The notes below the pieces were generated by a model. That model did not search any database, was not told where the DNA came from, and worked only from the letters and a program-made list of their open reading frames with translations. From the NCBI GenBank assembly GCA_963693365.1, contig CAVNZM010000012.1, forward strand, positions 4,640,409 to 4,704,408: a DNA stretch of 64,000 nucleotides, given 5' to 3'. Source of the stretch: Amoebidium appalachense. Taxonomy: Eukaryota; Protista; Ichthyosporea. The position numbers were made by a program, and so were the translations under genes. Below, in pieces: positions 26,422 through 64,000 of this stretch; position 1 is the first letter of the stretch, and the number at the start of each line of letters is the position of its first letter.

Positions 26422-27822
26422 GCTCAGCTACCACGCCAAGCGTGTAACATGCACCCCTCCGCCAGAGTGAAAAGATCTGTTGCGAGCCTGGCCTACTACC
26501 CTTGCCTCTCACCAATCCCTCTGCACAAATGCTTGGGAATGGGCGACGTCTAAAATCTGTCTTTTTAGTGTTACAAATGGGACAAACCAAGTGAACGTTT
26601 TTGAAAACCGTGGGCTTTGGATCCCAACTTAGGGGCCTCACCTTTGCTGCTTTAACAGCCAGCCTTTCTGGCCCTAGCCAGCCTTGGCAGCCACGGCATA
26701 ACATTTTTCCTCAGGAAAAAACAAACGGATTTAGCCCCGGCAGCCTTTGTAATGGGAAATGCTGTGGCAGAATCTGCAGATCCACGAACACAACTTCCAC
26801 CATCAACTCACATACAAGCAAACCCGATGGTGCTGTGAATGTGTAGATTCTGCTTTATCAGGTCATTTCAAACATGCGAAAGAGACTGATACTCTTGGTA
26901 CATGAGTGCGTGTGTACGTGAGTGCGTGTGACTAAAATTTAAAAAAATCTAAATAGCTCCTCTTCAAAGTCATCGCGGCTTCATACGAGTGAAGGAATAA
27001 GACTGATTTGTAGATCTGATATGGCACTTCAGTCACGGCCCTCTGATCGAGAGGCCTCCCGTGCTTCAGTTGGCACAAGTTGACACACGGTGGCTCACAG
27101 ACTTTACACCGCTGGCCACTTGTGTCATTGCGCTAATAATAGGTCTGATCCTGAGAGAGTAGATAGGCCCTGTTGATGGCGAAAGATAAGAATGTGCAAG
27201 TTTGGTCGATACACCTGCCATAAATGGCAGGTAAAATGCTGATTGGCTACCCCCGAACTGCTCCAAAAGCAATATTAATCATCCGGATGGTCAACCCTCC
27301 TGAAATGCGAGTGTTGCTGTGCATATAAAGATAGCAACTTGGTACGGGTGTATATATTGATTTTTCCCATAAATTTCTACATTATTACTTGTTGTGTTTT
27401 TAGCTTTAACAATTTCTCTGTCGACGTGTTCCCTACAGTACTGTGCAAGGGCATATATGCATCCGTGCATAGTTCGAGTCTTTTGTTTGCGTCTCACGAG
27501 TCACGGACGGTGGCTTTGGAGCGAGTCGTGCAAATCCGCGCTAGCTGGTACAAATCTATATGAAGGCCTTCCGATACATAGACTGTAACAAAGTCGGCAA
27601 AGTTTCGTTTTTTCCTCTCAGTAACAGCTTTACGGGCCCTTTTGATGATAGCGGGATTGCTGGGACCCTGGCCAATCTTTTAGTGTGTTATTAAACTTTT
27701 CAAGTGCTAGTTGTGACTTATAAGAGCTGAAACGGTTAAAATTCAACGCTAACCCTCCTTTACCGTGCTTCCAGTGTGAATTAAGCATACAGTGCATCCA
27801 CTTCTTCATCTCATAAAAAATA
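26422..27822. promoter_or_regulatory. Divergent BCKDK/calpain intergenic region with a probable BCKDK 5' UTR intron (minus, 26641-26521)
   Basis: Head-to-head start codons 1.4 kb apart; region lacks long C/G runs; minus-strand AAG|GTGAGG donor and TGCAG acceptor upstream of the BCKDK ATG. Confidence 0.5.
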
Positions 27823-47327
<19,505 letters not shown>

Positions 47328-48504
47328 GCCGGGGGCGGTACCGCACTGGCTACAAACATATCATTGTAGCTGGGCTCGGCCCCAAAGCCACGAGGCTGCT
47401 ATGTAGGGCAAGAGAGTCAATCAAAGCCAAATACACCGTTCTGCCATCTTCTTACCCGATTTTGGTATATTCCTACTTTTTTACTTGTTTTATATAAACC
47501 TTTTTCTTGCGCGCCTGTGCTTCCCGCCCAAATTTCCATATTTGGCTAATCAGTGCGATCGCGCGCGAGTAATTGGTTCATACGAATTCTTTTTTGTATG
47601 TAGACAGGTTATCCTTCTTTGATACCTGTAGGAGATATATACAATTTCAAATTTGCCCCCTGTTTTGTGACTGCAATATCGTTATTTCAGAAGTGATTTG
47701 GTAAATATCTTTTCTTAGCCCACACAGAGTCTCAGACTCTTTAGTAATACTATGTTCAGACGCTTTAGTGATACTATGTGCTTGAGGGCACAAATTTCAG
47801 CATGTAGAAGATGTTAACCGTTCAGTCATTGATGATTTTATAATAAGGGTGAATAAACGTGGCACAGCACTGCATATGAATTCTTAATAATAAGTTCGTT
47901 TAACTGCTACCGCACAATGATAACGGTTAACGCGTACACGAGGGGAGGGGGGGGGGGGGGGGGGGTCGCACACTCACAGTATCCTATATGTTTCCGTGTA
48001 TTATCCAATAGACATGCCTAAACCCCAATCCGCGTACCAGCGCGTAGGCTGAGCATGCAAGTTCACAGCTGGTAATGTGGTGTTACACGGTCATTTTAAC
48101 AGCCTGAGGGCAGTGTATATGTATTGCACATAATAACACTTGGTGATCATATACATAGTGCTGATGGTGGGAGCAATTGGGTGTAACAGGTGGGCGTGGG
48201 AGATGTTGTGGGCGTGCGAGGGGATATTTCTACAAAAAAATAACTTGTCGAATGGATATCCAGAAGCAGTGATCCACATATATGTAAAGTTACACAACAC
48301 GCATGTTGGTGTACTCGCTACACATGTGAAGATTGCTAGGGGAAAGAGATTCCATGTGTGTGTTCATGAGTACATGGGTACATGTGCATGTATACAGGCA
48401 CACACACGTATACAGGCACAGGCACAGGCACAGGCACACACACACACACACACACTATATATATGTATCCCCCGGCGACTAAACTGGGGAAAAAAAAAAG
48501 CTTC

Positions 48505-57396
<8,892 letters not shown>

Positions 57397-58110
57397 CTTT
57401 ACGTCTTAGTTGCTGTAGGCACGCAATGATACCAGTAACACTGTTCTGGAAACAAGCACACGAAGGCAGGTCCCATTTTTGTACTTTTCGCGCGCTCGTT
57501 TCCGGAGGCATCACTGATCGGCCGGCGATACCGGGGTGTATAATAAAACAATCTACACCAATGAAAGCTCATTACAAAAACTAAAAAGAAAACAAGAAAG
57601 ATTGAAATTTTAAACAAAGATTCAGAAGCTTAAACTCATGCACTGTTGTTAGATGATGGGGTGGGAGACGAAACGGAATTTGAAAGGTTCGCGATCCTTT
57701 CAGGCATAGCCTGGCTGGTCCCCTCTCAGGACAAAAAGATGCGCAAACAATAAGACAGTTTAGTAAGCCAGAAATGAAAAGGATGGTAGTTGTAAAAAAC
57801 AAGTTTCGTGGGAATATGTTCTTCTTTTTAGGAAGCGAAGTTCATTTCAGTATGTACATTGTAGAGGGCGGCCCTATGATACCCCGGCGGCCGCTTTCAT
57901 GATCACGGCTTCAAGTTGAACTTTCCGGACAAAGACCTTCATGAACTTATATTGGGACAGCACTTACAAACCGATCTCTAAAATTTAAAAAACTTGTTAT
58001 TGCCCTTTAAACATACCTTTAACCAATTGAAAAGCGAAGCAGAATATACAATATCTCCGTATCCAATTCCTGCTAATGCCTACAAAAAGGCCCTTTGCAC
58101 GTGTGTCTCA
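57397..58110. promoter_or_regulatory. Probable bidirectional promoter between AHA1 and the snoRNA host gene
   Basis: About 700 bp of repeat-free spacer between the AHA1 ATG (minus) and the first exon of the host transcript (plus). Confidence 0.5.
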
Positions 58111-58287
58111 GCCACTTTTTCTTTTTCTTTGGTAAGTGAACTTGGTCGAGCCGAACTTGTGCGTCTGTGTTTTTCCGACCTCGTGTATCTTGTACTCCTT
58201 CTCCTTCCCTTGCAGTCATACCCACTTACTTACTCTATCCCTTTTGTTCTTTCCTTCAGTTTGTCTTTTCTTCCTTTCCTTTTAATA

Positions 58288-58374
58288 TCGGGTTGTTCTG
58301 ATGCCTAGCACTGGGAACTGATTATTATGATCGACACTCAAAGAAAAGCAGAAATTTCTTCTGAACGACCCCGA
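58288..58374 (+). ncRNA. Box C/D snoRNA, snR76/SNORD88-like (LSU rRNA Cm in CCCAGUGCU)
   Basis: Terminal stem TCGGGTTGT/ACGACCCCGA; C-like CTGATGC 58298-58304; guide AGCACTGGG 58307-58315; D' CTGA 58318-58321; C' ATGATCG; D CTGA 58361-58364, 75 nt before acceptor AG 58439. Guide is complementary to conserved LSU rRNA CCCAGUGCU. Confidence 0.85.
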
Positions 58375-58821
58375 GAACATGCATGCTTGATCTAGTTGTT
58401 GTCGAGCGTGCCCTAACCGCCTAATTGTCCTGTACACAGTTTTTGGGTCGAGGAACTCCCACCGACCCGGCGTTTGACTAGGCTCTGCACGTGTTCTGTG
58501 GTCCTTTCTTCCCCCCTTCCTCGTGCTCTTTCTCTCTTTCCCCACCTTCCCCGCGGAGGCCCCCTCCTCCTCCCTTGCCCTTCACTTCTCACTTCTTCCT
58601 TTGATGGTGCTTCTGGCACTTCATCACTTCCTCTCTTTAGCCCCTTCCCTTTTCGTTTCCTTTCCTTGTTTCCTTCTCTCTCCCCGTGTCCGTGGGCACG
58701 TGCAACAGCCTGACCACCTTGCTCCGTTATCTTCACCGTGTAAGGTAAGCAGCTGCTCCAGTCGTTTCACGGGCTCCAGTCACTTCACGTTACAGCATTG
58801 CGTTCTGCTCTTCTGTGTGTC

Positions 58822-58895
58822 GGTGCCGAGATGATAACAACACAATGGACTAGAGTTTCTGAATGCCTTTGTGATTATTTTGCTTACTGAGCACC
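58822..58895 (+). ncRNA. Box C/D snoRNA, snR78/SNORD52-like (LSU rRNA Um in GACUCUAG)
   Basis: Terminal stem GGTGC/GCACC; C ATGATAA 58831-58837; guide GACTAGAGTT 58848-58857; D' CTGA 58859-58862; C' GTGATTA; D CTGA 58887-58890, 72 nt before acceptor AG 58962. Confidence 0.85.
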
Positions 58896-59113
58896 TTGGT
58901 GGAGCAACTTGTTGTGCTTGCACACGTTGCCTTTTTCTAACTTTTTCCTATTGAACCTGCAGGTACTTCTATCCTGGTATCCGATTCGGTGAAGGGCAAC
59001 ACTTGATAGGTGAGCTTTCTGCCTGTGTATGTGCTTCTGTACCATGCCAGTAACGTATTTTTGGTTCCCTTTGCCATTTTGCTTGGTTCATAACCAGGTG
59101 CGGTGAAAGCCAT

Positions 59114-59183
59114 AGACTGAGTGATGGACACTTTTCAGCTTGGATGTCTATGAAGAGCTGCTAGATAGTATCTGACAAGGTCT
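59114..59183 (+). ncRNA. Box C/D snoRNA, snR65-like (LSU rRNA Um in UACUAUCUAGC)
   Basis: Stem AGACT/GGTCT; C GTGATGG 59121-59127; C' ATGAAGA 59150-59156; 11-nt guide GCTAGATAGTA 59160-59170; D CTGA 59172-59175, 76 nt before acceptor AG 59251. No clear D' box. Confidence 0.8.
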
Positions 59184-60144
59184 GCTTCAAGCTTGCTGTT
59201 GTCAAAAGTTTCGGTGAGCTATCCGGCTGACAAACGTTTCTCCCCTTGCAGGTTGAGGAAGCTGAGCTTGAAGCTGTCAACACCATCAGGCAGCAATATG
59301 AATAATAAAAATGAAGGAATTAGACAACTTTGCCGAGTGTTGTGGTGTCTTTTGTTCCCTCTTCAGTGTTCTTGGTATATGTTTGCATGCTGGGTATGAA
59401 CTGCGTAGTCAGGTGACTGTTTGTCGAGACAAATATGGAGTGTTTCGTCAAACATAATATATGCCAATAGTGTCAATAGCACAGAAGCATTCAATGCTCC
59501 GCTAAATGCTATCGGGTTTTTCGAAGTGCCTACTTTTACACGAACGTTCACAGAGTTAACCAAAGTGGCAATGGTGTGTTTTGGTTTGAGCTGCCACACT
59601 CGTCTCTGTGGAAAGTAAAGAAACCATGGTGTGAAGCACTTACAGGCCATGGCCGCGCAGAAAGTAAAGCTTGCACGCAATTACTTAAGACCTTACCTTA
59701 CCATAGTCACCGTACTGCTTCAAAACTAAGCTGGTGCCTTTTAGAGGTGGTTAGATTTTGTGATTCGTCGGTGCTACATAGCGTATAGGTTCACGGTTCT
59801 GAATTTCTAGTCACAACCCAACCTTACAACATAGCCATCATCCATCATAGATGAACAAGCCCTAGTTTTCTGAGTCATCCCAACGGCATACGGCAACGGG
59901 GGGGTTCATTGGAGTGCAGGTGCCATAGAAATTAATGCTCTGATTCATAGTAACCTAAAAGAACCACCCAAGCACACGGTACTCTCGTATACACATTGTC
60001 AGGAGCAGTTGCCTGAACACTGCCAGAACTTCAGTAGAATTAACACAAGTTGTAGGCCACCATGCATGTATAATGGGGAGGAATTCCTACTCCAAAGCAT
60101 AGTAAGATCTAGATAGTTGACGACCAGCACGGTCAGACGGGAGG

Positions 60145-64000
<3,856 letters not shown>

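Larger units (their letters stand above)
58110..59330 (+). ncRNA. Spliced, apparently non-coding snoRNA host gene (transcript ends approximate)
   Basis: Pyrimidine-rich first exon ending G|GTAAGT (58131/58132). Small exons 58440-~58490 (donor uncertain), 58709-58744 (|GTAAGC), 58963-59009 (|GTGAGC) and 59252 onward, with AATAAA near 59304. The three snoRNA-bearing introns have CTRAC branch points before their acceptors. The internal exons contain no ATG. Confidence 0.72.

Noticed and set aside
27071-27135. SECIS element (ATGA...AAA on the minus strand)
   Set aside because: The ATGA pairs Watson-Crick instead of forming the GA/GA quartet, the position is 5' of the genes, and no in-frame UGA was needed in any gene model.
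57444-57451. Heat-shock element TTCnnGAA upstream of AHA1
   Set aside because: Only two nGAAn units; expected by chance.
58405-58475. CCCTAACCGCCTAA as a telomerase template, and AGTTTTTGG plus hairpin as an snRNA Sm site
   Set aside because: Better explained as branch point (CTAAC) and acceptor CAG at 58437-58439 of the snoRNA-bearing intron; the template repeat is imperfect.
58937-59399. Short ORFs on both strands in the host-gene region
   Set aside because: They cross snoRNAs and splice sites, show no protein motif, and the spliced internal exons lack an ATG.

Overview
Intron-rich eukaryotic genomic DNA, probably a unicellular opisthokont/holozoan-type protist (organism not determinable). 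Short GT-AG-bounded exons sit in introns saturated with C/G homopolymers and (CA)n/(GT)n/(CT)n repeats, so nearly all long ORFs in the supplied track are repeat artefacts. Manual splicing with phase checks gives five protein-coding genes. (1) The 3' part (~1500 aa, 18 exons, +) of a mosaic, probably secreted adhesion/matrix protein: PA14-like, VWD, EGF, bacterial-type SdrD-B, S/T stalk, unrecognised C-terminal domain. (2) A BCKDK/PDK-family mitochondrial kinase (-, 14 exons) with an apparent 1-nt frameshift in its G1 box. (3) A catalytically intact calpain (+, 28 exons, ~796 aa) fused to one LIM domain plus five tandem half-LIM zinc fingers. (4) AHA1 (-, 13 exons). (5) The 5' part of an unknown signal-peptide protein (+). 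The main hidden element, invisible in the ORF track, is a spliced, apparently non-coding snoRNA host gene (~58.1-59.3 kb) divergent from AHA1. It carries three intronic box C/D snoRNAs whose guides match LSU rRNA sites of yeast snR76, snR78 and snR65, each 72-76 nt upstream of its 3' splice site. Family and rRNA-site assignments are from memory of motifs, not database searches.
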